Source: Mobula hypostoma
Lineage: Eukaryota
Assembly: GCF_963921235.1 (NCBI RefSeq)
Contig: NW_026948167.1
Span: forward strand, 62,001 to 126,000
Direction of reading: 5' to 3'
Length of the DNA: 64,000 nucleotides
Shown here piece after piece: positions 1 to 13,744 of this stretch (position 1 is the stretch's first letter; each line of letters starts with the position of its first letter). The notes under the pieces were generated by a model, which worked only from the letters and a program-made list of their open reading frames with translations, did no database searches and had not been told where the DNA came from. The position numbers and the translations under genes are program-made.

Positions 1-401
1 GGGGAGTGAGGGTGTGGAGAGAGAGGGGGAAGAGTTGGAGAGGGAAAGGGAGAGAAAATGGGAGAGGGTGGAGAAAGAGAGGAGTGGAGCGAGGGAGAGA
101 GGGGCAGAGATAGAGAAAAATGGAAGACATGGTGAGGAGGGGAAAGTGTGAATTGAGGGGCAAGGGATAGAGAGACGGGGAGCGAGACAGAGATAAGGAA
201 GGACACACAATGATTGGTTGAGGAGACAAAAAGAGTGGGTAGAGAGAAAGAGTGAAGGGAGGGAGAAACGGGCAGAGACGGAGATACTGACACAAAAGAC
301 AAGTGAGACAATACAGGTTAGTTACGCTTAATTTAAAGCAAATTGCCTGCAAATTAACTAAAAATGACAGTTTAAGCAGAGTTCTTGCTATATGTAGTCC
401 A

Positions 402-404
<3 letters not shown>

Positions 405-472
<68 letters not shown>
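405..472 (+). repeat. Compound (TA)n(GA)n microsatellite; representative of dozens of (TG)n, (GA)n and (GATA)n tracts across the window
   Basis: Seen directly. Other long tracts at ~1015-1085, 3420-3465, 20460-20500, 33330-33375, 39710-39785, 54088-54145, 60825-60870 and 63905-63950. Confidence 0.95.
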
Positions 473-475
<3 letters not shown>

Positions 476-1012
476 TAGATATCCTCCCACGACAAACTAA
501 GTCAACAAACATATTATCTTTAGCCGAGGTCAAAGGCGTCAACCTTTCAACGCCTCTGAGGGCTTGTTTAATACAATAAAATGTCATGATTGTTTAATGC
601 AAGGGGATGCGTTGTTAAAGTTCGCTTACGCAATGTTAATGGGCGAATTCCTTACAGATAAGTTTAGATTAAAGATGCGGGTTTTTAATGCTTCACCCAT
701 CTCTCCCCTAAGTTGAATTTGATATCACGTCAGCCGCAGCCACAACCCCTTGGTTAAATAAAGAACAATTTGCCGGTCTGGCATTATGAGGGATAGTTGC
801 AAAACAAAATCCTCGGTATTCGAATATGTTAGCTGATTTCAGTAACGAGTAATTTGGGAATTTACTTCACAGATTTATCCCAGGATATTCATAAAATACC
901 TTTGTGATAATCTAGAAATGGCCATACTGTTTTAAAAGCAATACAATCTGGGTCATCAGAATAGGTCTATGTTGCTGTGTGGATTAATAAGAGTGTGTTA
1001 TATATTTATTTA

Positions 1013-1073
<61 letters not shown>

Positions 1074-1519
1074 GAGAGAGAGAGCGATATTTATGGACAT
1101 GGATGCGTGAGTATGTATAAGTGTGAGTGTTAGTGTGCGTGATTTTGTATGAAAGAGAATGTATAAATATGGGTGTATATATACGTGTGCCTGAGTGTGT
1201 ATAATTGTGTGCCTGTGTGTGTAGATCTGTGTGTGTTTGTTAGTGTGCAGGCTTGTATATGAGAGAGAAAAAGAATGAATGAATATGGGTGTGTGTATAC
1301 ATGTGTGCATTGGTGTGTAAAAGTGTGTGCGATTGTGGCTGTATGTGTCTTAGTGTGCGGGATTTTTGTGTGTGAGAGAATATGGGGAGGGTAGGTGAGA
1401 TAGAGTGGATTTTGTGTGTGTGAATCTGTGTGTCTATGTACATGCGTGCATCAGTTTGTATATGTGTGTGTCCCTGTGTGTAAGAGAGCAATAATACATA
1501 AGCATAGATGTGTGTATAT

Positions 1520-2225
1520 AGAGTCATAGAAAAGTGCAGCACAGAAACAGGCCCTTTGGCCCATCTAGTTCGCGCTGAAACATTTAAACTATCTACTTCC
1601 ATTGCCAGCACCGGGACCATAGCCCTCCATACCCCTACCATCCATGTACCCATCCAAACTTCTCTTAAACAACACATTGAAATCGAGTTCACATGCACCA
1701 TTTGCGCTGACCGCTCCTTCCACGCTCTCACGACCCTCTGAGTGAAGACGTTTCCCCTCATGTTCCCCTTAAACTTTTCACCCTTCACCTTTAACCCACG
1801 ACCTCTAGTTGTAGTCATCCAACCTCAGTGGGAAAAGCCTGCTTGCATTTACCCTATCTATACCCCTCATAATTTTGTATACCTCTGTCAAATCGCCCCT
1901 CAGTATTCTACTTTCCAAGGAATGAAGCCCTAACTTATTCAATCTTTCTTTATAACTCAGGTCCTCAAGCCCCGGCAACATCCTTGTGAATTTTCTCTGT
2001 ACTCTTTCAATCTTGCTTATATCTTTCCTGTAGGTAGGTGACCAAAACTGCACACAATACACCAGATTAGTCCTCACCAGTGTCTTATAGAACTTCAACA
2101 TAACATCCCATCGTCTGAGTTATAAAGTCCAATGTGCCAAAAGCTTACTTTACAACATATCTACCTGTGAGGCCACTTTCAATGAATTATGGACCTACAT
2201 TCAGAGATCCCTTTCTTCTACAGCA
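1520..2225 (-). mobile_element. CR1-type LINE, 3' fragment
   Basis: ORFs LKFYKTLVRTNLVYCVQFWSP...IERVQRKFTRMLPGL...RGDLTEVYKIM and TTTRGRGLKVKGEKF...FTQRVVRAW correspond to the C-terminus of CR1 ORF2, followed by the typical 3' UTR. Confidence 0.9.
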
Positions 2226-2619
2226 CTGTATGCCGTAGGTCTGTACAAGTAAGTGTGTGTATGTGTGTTTGCACACCCGCGAGTAAGTGACCGCGTGCGC
2301 ACCAATGAGTGTGTTTTTACACGAGTGTGTGTAAATTAAGTGCTACGTGTGCGGTGGAGAAAGATTGTGTAAATCGTTCTTTAAAATGAGACAATATATG
2401 AATCGTGGGAACTTTTCCTAGACTTCAACCAGTGGACTGCCGAGCTCCCGTTACCGCAATTTGAGTGCTTCACTTTTAGTGGGGAAGCCTACTCACCGGG
2501 ACGTAGTGCCGCATTCAGTCTCATACAGATCCTTAACTCGCCCCAAATCTATGCTCATCTGAATCTGCCAGACCCGGTTTCCATCCCGACCTCTGGCACT
2601 GTATGTATGTGTGTGTGTG

Positions 2620-3150
2620 TGTGTGTTTTTCATGTGTGTTTGAATGTGTTCGTGAGTGTCTTTGTGTATGTGGATGAATGCGTGTAGGTGAGCGTGTTTG
2701 TGAGTGCCAATGCATGTGTTCCTGAGGGTGAATTTGTTTGCATGTCTATGTGGATGAATGTGTGTGAGTGAGTCTATGTGTTGCTGAGTGTGTCTTTGTG
2801 CTTTGCAAGTGCATGTGGGCGAATATATTAGTGAGTGTTTCTGTGTGTGTGGATGAATGTGTTGATCAGTGTGCCTTTGTGTTTTGCCTGTATGTGTGCA
2901 TGAGTGTGTTCGAGAGGGTGCCTGTGTTTTGGGTGTGCGTGTATACAAATGTGCAGCTGAGTGTGTCTTTGTGTTTTGCCTGTGTATGTGGACGAACGTG
3001 TTAGTGTTTGTGTGTGTGTGGATGAATGTGTTGGTAAAAGTGTATTTGTGTTTTGGGTGTGCGTGTGGATCAATGTGTTGGTGAGTGTGACTTTATGGTC
3101 TGGATGTGTGTGGATGAATGGGTTGGTAAATGTGTGTTCATGAGTGTATG
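2620..3150 (+). repeat. Degenerate TG-rich tandem repeat
   Basis: Recurrent GTGTGGATGAATGTGTTG.TGAGTGTGTCTTTGTGTTTTG units. Confidence 0.6.
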
Positions 3151-3416
3151 TCTGTTGTGTCTGAGAAAGGGGAATATCATTGTGGCTCTGCGTGGCTCTT
3201 ACGAGTGTGCCGGATAGAATCTCGTCATGGTTGTGAGTGTCGCTGGGTGCCGTGTGCTCGTATCGAATAAGATGCCAGGGTTAACGGAAATCATTTATCG
3301 GGGATTCAAGCTAAAAATGTAAAACAATCGATTTTTACTAGATATTTTTGAAATTGCTTTTAAATTTCAATTTCTCCGGTCACTGTGCCCTACACACAGA
3401 CAGGCTCATAGTTACA

Positions 3417-3468
<52 letters not shown>

Positions 3469-3964
3469 CTCTCTTACGCGGGGCTGGAGGCATTACGGGG
3501 GGGGGAGGGCGAGGAGAGACAGATACGGAGAGGAGGATATAGACACTATGACGGGTGTGAGACAAACACAGGGAGAGAAGAGACGGACACGGAGCGGGAG
3601 TGAGACACTCAGGGAAGGAACAAATGGATATGGATGGGTTAGTGAGACGGGCGAAAAAGAGACGGAGTGTGGTGGGGATGGGGGGTCCAAAGACGGAGAG
3701 GAAGAAACTGACAAAACTGCCGGAACAGAGATAAAACGTCGGGTGGTGGGGAGTAGGACACGGTGAGGGAGGAAGAGAGGGAATGGGAAAAGGAAAATAT
3801 GTAAACAGGCGGAGAAGAAGAAGATGGGAGTGGGAGGAAGAGATGGGGAAGAGACGAGTGGGGAGAGAGAGCATGAGCAGGAGCAAAGGGTGGAAAGGAA
3901 CAGATTGAAGAAAGGGAGAGAGAAGAGAGGATGGGGTGAGGAAGGAGATAGGACACTGGCGCCT

Positions 3965-4049
3965 CAAAACAACTGTACTGCTGCCACAAAATAACAAACT
4001 TCACGACATATGTTCGTGATATTAAACCTGATTCTGATTCTGATTCTGA
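3965..4049 (+). mobile_element. 3' tail of a Rex1/Babar-like LINE with (TTCTGA)n end
   Basis: ...AACAAACTTCACGACATATGTTCGTGATATTAAACCTGATTCTGATTCTGATTCTGA. The same tail recurs at ~14330-14395 (+) and ~16290-16400 (-). Confidence 0.6.
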
Positions 4050-5591
4050 AGACTGGCGAAGGAGAGTTGACGAGAGATGGTGAGAGACAGAGGGAGTACT
4101 GAAAGAAGAAAGACAGATGGGGAGAGATGGAGGGAGGAAGGAATTGGGAGGGAAAAAGAGAGATGGGAAATGTGAGAGAGGAAGTCGTGAAGAGATAATG
4201 AGAGATGGAGAGAAAGAGAGAGATGGGTGAGGGAGAAAGAGATGGAGTGAGATAGGGATGGGGAAGAGATTGGGTGTGCGTATAGACACCGTTAGCTCGA
4301 TTGCAACAACATTCGGACACGCACAGACATACAGAAGAGGAAACAGAGACGTCAGACAGCCAAACCAACACCACCCCACCCCCCCCCCCACGTTATTGGG
4401 AGTGTTTCCGCGTTAATGATGTGATAAAACAGGAGTCAAGGTCACATGACAGTGGTCTCGCCATGGTCCGATTTTATGGGCTTCCGTTTGGGATCCCTTT
4501 TATCTCTAAGGTCTGCCAAACAGGCAGCCTTACAGGATGCGTTCAGTTAAGTATGGGAGAGGGGGTAGACAGAGAGGAGAGAGGATGGAAGAGGGCGGAG
4601 AGAGAGAGGGGTTAGAGACAGACAGAGAGAGAAAGAGAGAGATTGTGGGAGAGAGAGAGGCTGGAGAAGGACAGAGAGAGTGGTGGGGTAGAGTGGGGTT
4701 GGAGGGAGTGGGGTGGTGATGGAGTGGGGTAGTGATGGAGAGGACAGCAGAGACCAGCAGTAAAGACGAAGCCCTGCTCGCTCTCGGGAAAAATTAATAA
4801 CTCATTAAAGACCAGCGTTAGTTCAGACTGCCTTTCTGTCATTGTTGCTGTGAGTGATTTCTGTGCCCACACACGCACACGCATACCCGCACGCAAAACA
4901 TCCGCCCAGACACAACAGGCACATACAACACCACCACTGAGGCATACTTGAACACACATCTTCACATACACTCAAACACAAATCCACACACCCTTTATTC
5001 TCCGCCATACAACATACATCCAGTCACAAACAGACATGCTCACACCCACACTTATTTCTCTCATAATGCTTTTTAAAAAGAACATATATGTTAAACCTTT
5101 CTTTTTTTGTTGTTCGGTGGTGTCCCGGGTTCGTAAATTGTTTTCCTCCAGCTGGAAGTCGTGTCTCTGCAAAGTTTACAACCGCCTGTTCTGAGCTTGT
5201 ATCTAGGGCATAACGAAGGTGATAAGTGCTAAGGAGTCTTTTCTGAGCCCTATCAGAGATTGCTCCCCAACCCCATCTCCCCTATTAACCAGTTTCTCGT
5301 CATCCAGGACTGAAGGACTTTGCAGGTGTGTGTATGTGTCTCCTGATGTTTACAACCGTGTCTGGAAGTTGAACCCTCGTAGGAACATTGAGGTCAAGTT
5401 GAATGATCTGGTACGGTTTAGCATTGAACAGTGCTCCCATTGCATCCGGTTTTATTGGGCTGCTTACAGGCTTTCTATTGTTTGCTCAGACGCCAGATCC
5501 CCCACCCCCACGCCGCCACACACACACAATGCATAGATACACATAAATAAATGCAATCATATATCCCAACACATACACTCTCGTTCTCTTA

Positions 5592-6230
5592 GTTCAAAAT
5601 TCAAAGTAAATTTATTATCAAAGTACGTGTATGTCACTATATGCTACCTTGAGATTCATTTCCTTGCAGATATTTACAGGAAAATAAAAAAAACACAATA
5701 AATTTTATGAAAAGCTATTCATAAACAATGACTGACAAACAACGAATGTGCAAAAGAAGACAAATCGTACAAATAATAAAAAGTAAATAAATAACTCTGA
5801 GACCACGAGCTGTTGAGTGCTTGAAAGCGAGCCTATAGGTTGTAGAGTCAGTTCAGCGTTGACGTGAGTGAGGTTGTTCATGCTGGTTCAGGAGCCTGAT
5901 GGTTGTAGGGTTATTAATAACAGTTCCTAACCTGGTAGTGTGGGACCTACGGCTCCTGAACCTCCTGCCCGATGGCAGTAACGGGAAGCGAGAATGACTT
6001 GGATGTTAGAAGCCTTTGATTATTGATACTGCTCTCTTGTGGCAGCGGTCCTTGTAAGTGTGTTCAGTGGTGAGGAAGGTTTTGTCGGTGGGTGGACAGG
6101 GCTGCATCCACCTCTTTCAGTGTAGGCTTTTCCGTTCTTGGGCATTGGTGTTTCCATACCAGGCCGTGATGCAACCTTTCAGGATACTGTCCACTGTGCA
6201 TCTATAGAAGTTTATCAAAGTTTTAAATGC
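5592..6230 (-). mobile_element. Rex1/Babar-like LINE 3' fragment
   Basis: 5880-6220 is clearly homologous to 7005-7325 (GGTTCAGGAGCCTGATGGTTG...GGGCATTGGTGTTTCCATACCAGGC.GTGATGCA...CTATAGAAGTTT), with a 3' UTR and tail at 5592-5800. Confidence 0.7.
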
Positions 6231-7004
6231 CATAAATATGAATAGCTATATATAAATACACACTTATACATATACTCTAAATATACAGATTTTTCACTTA
6301 CAGTTGCACGCTCACACACTCCATAGATTCCGTTTTATACACACATTTAGAAAAAAACGCACATACAACTACACACAAACAGGTTCTCTCTTTCTCCGTC
6401 TCTCCCTCCGCTACACCTCGTCAGCCCTTTCATCCATTGCGAGTCTCTCGCTATCAGACTTAAATGCATATTTAAACATACAAACTCTCTCACGCACACA
6501 ATTTTTTTTCTAGCATAGACATAAACAAACACGCTCACGCACAAACATGCACGCTCGCACACACATAAATACACGTGGTCACATTCACACACCAAAATAT
6601 ACTTACATGCAGTCCCACTCTCACACGCTGCTTCACTCATGTCCTGCCTTTCACTCAAACGCGCGCACACACATGCACAGATATTGACGCACACAGAACA
6701 ATACACACACAGAAATTCACACAGTATCGCGCATACACATACACAAATTGACCAACACACGCTCTCACAAAGATACACGCACGGACACTGGGATTTGGCA
6801 CATACATATTGACACACAGTCGCTCACAAATTCGGATAGTCGCACAGATACACACAGACACAGACAGAAGCACGCATACAGATTGACACTCACACATTCG
6901 TTCACAAACATGGATACACTGACATAGAAATAGACATATACATATTGGCACACACACACTCGCTCACAAACACGGATACACTCATACACAATTACACAGC
7001 TCCT

Positions 7005-8660
7005 CTGGTTCAGGAGCCTGATGGTTGAGGGGTAATTACCGTTCCTGAACCTGGTGGTGTGAATCTTGGGGCTCCGATACCTTCTTCCTGATGGCAGCAC
7101 TGAGAAAAGAGCATGGCCTGGGTGGTGAGGGTCTCTGATGATGCTTTTCTACGACCACGCTCTGTGTAGATGTGCTCAATGGTGGGGAGAGCTTTACCTA
7201 TGATGGACTGAGCTGTATCCACTACTTTTTGTAGGATTTTCTGTTCAAGGGCATTGGTGTTTCCATACCAGGCTGTGATGCAGCCAGTCAATATACTCTC
7301 CACTACACACCTATAGAAGTTTGTTAACGTTTGTCCTAAGGAAGTCGAGGCGCTGCCTTGCTTTCATCATAATTGCACTTACATGCCTGGCCCAGGACAG
7401 GACCTCCGAATTACTAACACTGAGGAATTTGCTGACGCTCTCCACCTCTGATCCTTCGATGAGGACGGTCTCATGAACCTTTGTTCTTGCTGACATTGAG
7501 TGAGAGGTTGTTGTGGCACCACTCAGCCAGATTTTCAATCTTCATTCTATATGCTGATTCATCACCACCTTTGATTCGGCCAGCAGCAGTGGTGGCGTCA
7601 GGCATTGGAGCTGTGCTTCGCCTTACCGTCATTGGTGTAAAGTGAGTAGATCAGGGGGCTAAGCACACAGCCTTCTGGTGCACCTGTGCTGATGGAGATC
7701 GTGGAGGAGATGTTGTTGCCAATCCAAACTGACTGGGGTCTACAAGTGAGGAGATTGAGGATCCAGTTGCACAAGGAGGTATTGAGGCCCAGGTCTTGAA
7801 GCTTACTGATCAGTTTTGAGGAGATGATGGTATTGAATTCTATGCTGTAGTCAATATAAAGCATCCTGATATATGTACCTTTGCTATCCAGATGTTCCAG
7901 GGTTGATTGAAGAGCCAATGAGATGGCATCTGCTGTGGACCTGTTGCTCTGGTAGGCAAATTGGAGTAGATCCAAGTCGCTTCTCAGGCAGGAGTTGATA
8001 TGTTTCATCACCACCCTCTCAAAACACTTCATCACTGTGGATGTAGATGCTACTGGGCAATAGTCATGGAGGCAGGTCACCACGTTCCTCTTGGGCACCG
8101 GTTCATATGAAGTCTGCTTGAAGCAGGTGGGTACCTCAGTCTGCTGAAGCGAGTGGTTAAAGATCTCAGTGAACAGTTGACCAGAACAGGTCTTTAGTAC
8201 CTGGTCAGGTAACCCATCTGTGCCGGATGCTTTTCGTGGGTTCACCCTCCTGAAGGCTATTCGCATGTCATGAGACTGAAATTACAGGATCATCGGGGGG
8301 CAGCGGGAGTTCGTGATGGTTCCTCCATGTTTTGACGGTTAACGTGAGCTAGAAGGCATTGAGCTCATCTAGAAGCGAAGCCCAATTGCTGCCTATGTCG
8401 TTTGATTTTGCTTTCTAAGAGGTGATAGTATTCAAGCCCTGACAGAACTGTCAAGCATCCGTCGATGATTCACGTTTAGTCCAGAATTGCCACTTCGCAG
8501 GTCCAATGGCTTTCCGGAGATTGTACCTGGCCCTCTTGTAAATTTCTTGGTTGCCAGACCAGAATGCCTCTGACCTGGACTTCAGCAGATTTTGAATCTC
8601 GTGGTTCGTCCAGGGCTTCTGATTTGAGAAGACTGAATGATTTCGTGGGGCTACACTCTA
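7005..8660 (-). mobile_element. Rex1/Babar-clade LINE, degenerate RT region
   Basis: ORF 7598-8266 [26 protein letters not shown]...VPTCFK...[22 protein letters not shown]...[15 protein letters not shown]...[22 protein letters not shown], plus C-terminal pieces ESILTGCITAWYGN and LPSGRRYRS. Frameshifted. Confidence 0.9.
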
Positions 8661-10499
8661 GAGGTCTAAAATCTAGTGTGTTGGGCCCCCCAGTGCTAGA
8701 AGTTATATGCTGATGGTAATTTTGCAGGGTTTTCTTCAAACAAGCCTAGTTGAAGTCTTAGATACAGCAGCTTGCCCTCAGTTCTGTTCTCCACCGAATG
8801 CACATTTGCCAACAAGAGGACAGTTGAATACGCTTAAACAAAAAATACCTAGGAGAATGGAGGAACACAGGCAACAACTCCTCACCCTCCTCCCTCGTTC
8901 TCACCCCACTAACCATCCCCCGCCCCGCCCCAAACCACACATTTTCTTAGTTTCCGTCACCTCGGCCTCAGACCTACTCAAGGGGCGCCGGCTCGGATCG
9001 GGTGCGGAAAGTTAATGAGGAGTTTGGGAGGGTGTAGTGAGGATCGATGGATGGATTACGAGGCGCTTTGAATTTTATAGACGTTCGAGGCAGGCTTAAA
9101 GCGTAACCGCGGTGCCCAAGCGATGGTTTCTCGGCAGACTCTGACTTGGCCAGTGGCGAGTACAGTGGCCGTTTGTGGGTACTCATGGTTTTGAGGTGAG
9201 AAGGATGCAACTAGAGCAGCAATGAGAACTGAGGAGATAAACCCCTTATTAGGTTGGAGCCATATGCAGAGAGAGGGAGAAGAGTCTTGCTGCTTGTCTC
9301 GCTTTCTTTAGTCGCAGGATTAGGCTATTACTGCATGTCATTTCGGATCCATTTGCAACTGGGGCTGCAAATTCTGCCCACTACTCCTGTCTCTACTATG
9401 GACCATCCAGAGAGCTAACAATCAATGTTTACCGGCCGAGCTACCCATCTGTTCTAGACATCCGTTTTTCTGCGACTGTCTAACTATGGACTTTCTAGAG
9501 AAAGTTCTTATGTCTGTCTGACTATGTACAGTATGCACCGGCCCCCACCTCTCTCTCTCTCTCTCTCTCTAGCACCCTCTCTGATTTTCCGCCCTGTCTC
9601 CATAAGCCAAAGGACATAGAAGAACTAAGCCATCAATGCCTCACTCCCTGTCTCCCAGTCTGTCTCTTTCTCGCTCTCTCAATCTTTATCTCCCTCCGTC
9701 TCCCTCTCCTTCCATCTATCTACCTCCCTCTGTCTCTTTGTCTCGCTCTCTCACTCTCTATCTGTCCATACCGCCCTCTTTATCTACAGAACAGTGAACA
9801 CAAAACACTACAGCATGGGAGAACGATGTCAAATGTAACTAGTCCCATCTGCCTGTATATGGCCCTCTTTTCTATACGTGTTCGTGTGTCAATTTATTTA
9901 TCTGTCCTTTTGGCTGTCTGTCTGCTTGTCTATTGTATCTATACGTTGATCTACTCACCACTGTCTCTCCTTCCTTTTATCTATCTATGTATCTACGTAC
10001 TGTATCTATCCATCTAAACATTCTCGCTATTTGTCATCTGCCCGTCTATGTATCTACACTACCTTTGATCTGAATGTATCAAGAACAGATGGCCAGATAC
10101 TATATATGCAGGGTCAGATAAACAATTAGGTATTAGATAAGTAGGTACTGCAGGTAGACAGACACAGATAGACATTAGGTAGATAGATGGAGAGGCAGGT
10201 AAGTAGACAGACAGACAAGCAGGCAGACGTTCAGATGCACATTCGATAGACAGATAGATAGGCAGACAGACCTTCAGTCAAGCAAACAGATAGAGATTAG
10301 GTAGGTTTTTGGATAGACACAGATATGTAGATATTAGATGGGAAGATGCATAGACACCGATAGATGTTAAATAGATAGATAGCTAGAAACAAGCAGACTG
10401 ACAGCCCTTTAGACAAACAAATACTAGTGGTTAGGTGGTGAAACACTAGTTCTCGAAATGGAACTCATACAATTGAGCACTCAGTGCTGAGCGCGAGGC

Positions 10500-12500
10500 C
10501 TTTATATACAGACTATCCATGAAGGAATGTGGCAGGCAATAATTGGCAGTCTGAGTCTTAATGGGATAGCGACAGCTAACCAGACTCCGGGGAATTTGAA
10601 ATGCCGAAACTTGGATGCCTGCCGCTGTTCAGTCGGGACCATGAAAGACTCCCCACCCCGCCCACCCGCCGTCCCCCGCACCCACACATCCGACGGATGA
10701 CCCCTGACAGCCCTGGGCGATCAGAATAATGCTGGTGAAAGTCATCTATCAAGGCAAGCTCCGAATGCCCCGTGAAGGAATCCAGCTTCTTACTTCTGGG
10801 CCTAATTTTCTGGCTTCAACCCGCATTGGAAGATCTCCAATTGAGAGCCAGACCCGTTGATCCGGGTCTAGTTCTGGCTCTAGTCTTCTCCCGCGATTGG
10901 CCTAGTCTTGTTGTTGCAGCGAATTGACCAACAACGACTCTCTCGCCTTAACCCATTTGTGGTGACATATGTGGACCAGTTAGTCCGCTGATGGAACTCT
11001 CGCCTCCACTTCTTGTTCCGGGAACGGCGGGGGATGGTGCTCAAATTGGCATTAGAAAGGGGGCATTCCGATAGACAATCGCTGTGTTGTGCGCAAGCTC
11101 TGCGCAGATCAGCCAAGGCTAAACATCTGTGTTTTCTCTAGGTCCTAGTTGACTCTTTCCGTCTGCCCATTTGTCTACAGATGGAACCCGGCAGATAGAC
11201 TGGCAGAGGCCCCAATGAGCGCACAAAAGTCGATCCAAAACCTGGAAGCAAACTGTGGCCGCGATCGAAGACAATGTCCTGGGGGAAGTCGTGAATCCTG
11301 AAGACGTGCTGTAACATGCGCTTGGTGGTCCCTGAAGCCGATAGAAGTTTGGGAAGGGGTACGAAGTGGCAGGCCTTGGAGAATAGGTTTCTGACCATGA
11401 TTACTATATTACACCGAATGCCGGAAGACCTATAACAAAGTCTATAGAAATGTGGGGCCAGCAACCAGCAGGAATGGGGAGAGGCTGGAGCAGGCCCTGA
11501 GGCTGTCCACGGGGTTCTATATTTCGTGCGAAGACATCACAGACTAAGGTATATTCCCGGACATCTTTAGTCATGCCTGGCTACCAGTAACGTCTCTTGA
11601 CGAACTCTAGGCTGCGAGCCACCCTGAATGCCCAACCGGGTTTGAAGCGTATCCCTAGTGAATACCTCCAAATGAACAGGTTCAGGAACAAAGGTATATC
11701 CGGGAGGATCATTACGCGGGTCTGCCCTATGTTGCTCTTGGGCTCTGCGCACAATCAAGTCTATGTTCCAGCGCCAAAACTCTAGAGCTGGGAATTATAG
11801 TTGAGACGTCCTCTTCCCTGATAGGTGCTTCGAACTGTCGACAGAGGGTGTCTGGTTGGGTGATAAGTAATAAGGAAGGTGAACCTATTAAGGAATAGAG
11901 ACCAACGTGCCGGTCTGACTTCAGCTTCTTCGCATCCTGGATTATGCCTAGTATTTTTTGGTTGGTTTGTGCCACAAGTGGACGCTTGGATCCCTCCAGC
12001 TAGTGTCTCCACTCTTCCACAGCCAGCTTAACGGCAACAATTCCCGACTCAGCGGGAGAAAGATGTCTTGAGTAGAAGGCACAGGGGTGCAATTTGTGTT
12101 TCGAGACGGGTTGTTGGGACAAGATAGCCCCTACTCTTATGCCCGATGCGTCGACTTCCGCCACGAAAGGTAAGTCCAGGTCTGGTGGAACTAAGACAGG
12201 TGCGGTCGTGAACCTTTGTTTTAACTCCGCAAAAGCCGCCTCGGCCTTCCGGGGTCCAGCGGAAGAGCCCAGTAGATTTCTTGGTGAGGGTGGTGAGCGG
12301 CGCCGCCACTGAAGTGAAATTGCGGATGGACCGCCTGTAATAGATGGCAAAATCTGGAAACCGCTGGAGCTGTTTCACGGAGGTGGTTTACTACATATTG
12401 CGCACGTCCTGGGTCTTATCGGGGTCCAGTTGTAGGTCGCCATTAATATAACAAATTCAAGGAAGGAGATAGTGAACATATGAAATTTGCTCTTCCAACT
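10500..12500 (-). mobile_element. Ty3/Gypsy (chromovirus-type) LTR retrotransposon pol remnant
   Basis: RT-RNaseH connection and RNaseH ([31 protein letters not shown]; [17 protein letters not shown]...[18 protein letters not shown]...[15 protein letters not shown]), integrase (FSKACHFVPLPKL...VFRIHDFPQDIVFDRG) and a chromodomain-like tail (GPEVRSWIPSRGI...LIDDFH, ~10730-10805). Many frameshifts; the 10500 boundary is approximate. Confidence 0.88.
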
Positions 12501-13744
12501 ATTCCAAACAAACAAATATCAATGGGTAGGTAGATAGATAGATAGACATGGATAGATATTAGGTGGGTGATGGACACAGATATATTAAGTAGATAGATAG
12601 AGAGAAGAAGAGATAGGTAGACTTAGTCAGATGCAGACTGACTGTCATACATACAAGTAGATATTAGTAGGTAGTTAGACAGATAGACACAGTAGATAGA
12701 TAAATATTAAGTAAGTAGATAGGCAGACACACACACGCACGCAAGATTTCTGGTTGGTAGGTAGACAGGCAAACAGGCCGGTGGATGATAAAAGAAATTT
12801 CAACATTTATAACAATCAATGCCGCACTGGATGCAGAGGATTTAACACGTCGGTAGAACCTGATAAATGTTACATGGCCTATCAATAACATTAATAGATA
12901 GTTCTGCGGTGACATGGCTTCCAAGCCTAGGCATTTAGGTGTACTTATTCTGTGGCGCCAGACAATATTAATTTTAAATCGTGGGGGAATTTAACCTGGC
13001 TCCGAGCAGATATATAATTCAATGATCCAGAATGGATGGAGACAAAATCTGAACCGCACGTGGAATATGTTGTTCTGTCTTTGATATTGAGGCCTGTTGT
13101 GGGGTAGACGCGGCCAGCCCTTGGTTGATCGAGTAGACTTAGAAGAATTTGCTTGCGTTGAAAAGGCAGGACTCATTTTTAGACGGATGAAACTCTAAGG
13201 CACAAAGTGTTATTCCAAATATTACGTTTGGCGTCGAGAAGGGACCCACCCTCCTCACCCGACCCCCACCCGCTTCTCACCGCAGTATTTTGTGTGTGCT
13301 GCTCAGGATTTGCAGCATCTGAAGAATGTGTGCGTGAGTGTGTGTGTGTGTGTGTGTGTGTGTCTGTCTGTCTGTCTGTCTGTCTGTCTGAGCTTGTCTG
13401 TGTGTGTACGTGCGTGCGTGTATCTTCGTTTGTGACTTTTAATTTCTGCATTTTGCCTCAGAAAACATTTGTGCACAGAGGTAGTTAACGTCACCGAAGC
13501 TTTCTGTGACTGGTTCGCTTTGTATTCGGGTTTATCTATCCGTATGTTTCACTTTACAAAGTAGTCCGGCTTGGTATGGTACGCAGGTATATGTGATTCA
13601 GTATTTCGTTAAGTCAGCCGTTTGTTCAATCAGGTGTGACTGAAGTCTCAACAAATTTTCGCTAAGACAATCTTTGTACCTTATCCTGGCTTAGATAGAC
13701 GAGTGCGCTATTTTTTTCCAAACTATTTCTTAAGTTTGCGTGAG

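Noticed and set aside
3380-4391. Long ORFs of 200-295 aa here and at 27252-27980, 32029-32916, 45828-46445, 16674-17270, 20105-20749 and 61530-62123
   Set aside because: Low-complexity translations of (CT)n, (GA)n and (TG)n tracts (SLSL, CVCV, THTH); no protein signal.
8974-9210. Minus-strand 78-aa ORF containing HKRPLYSPL as a possible Hox12 remnant
   Set aside because: Wrong strand relative to the cluster, and no homeodomain helix motifs were found in the frames I read.
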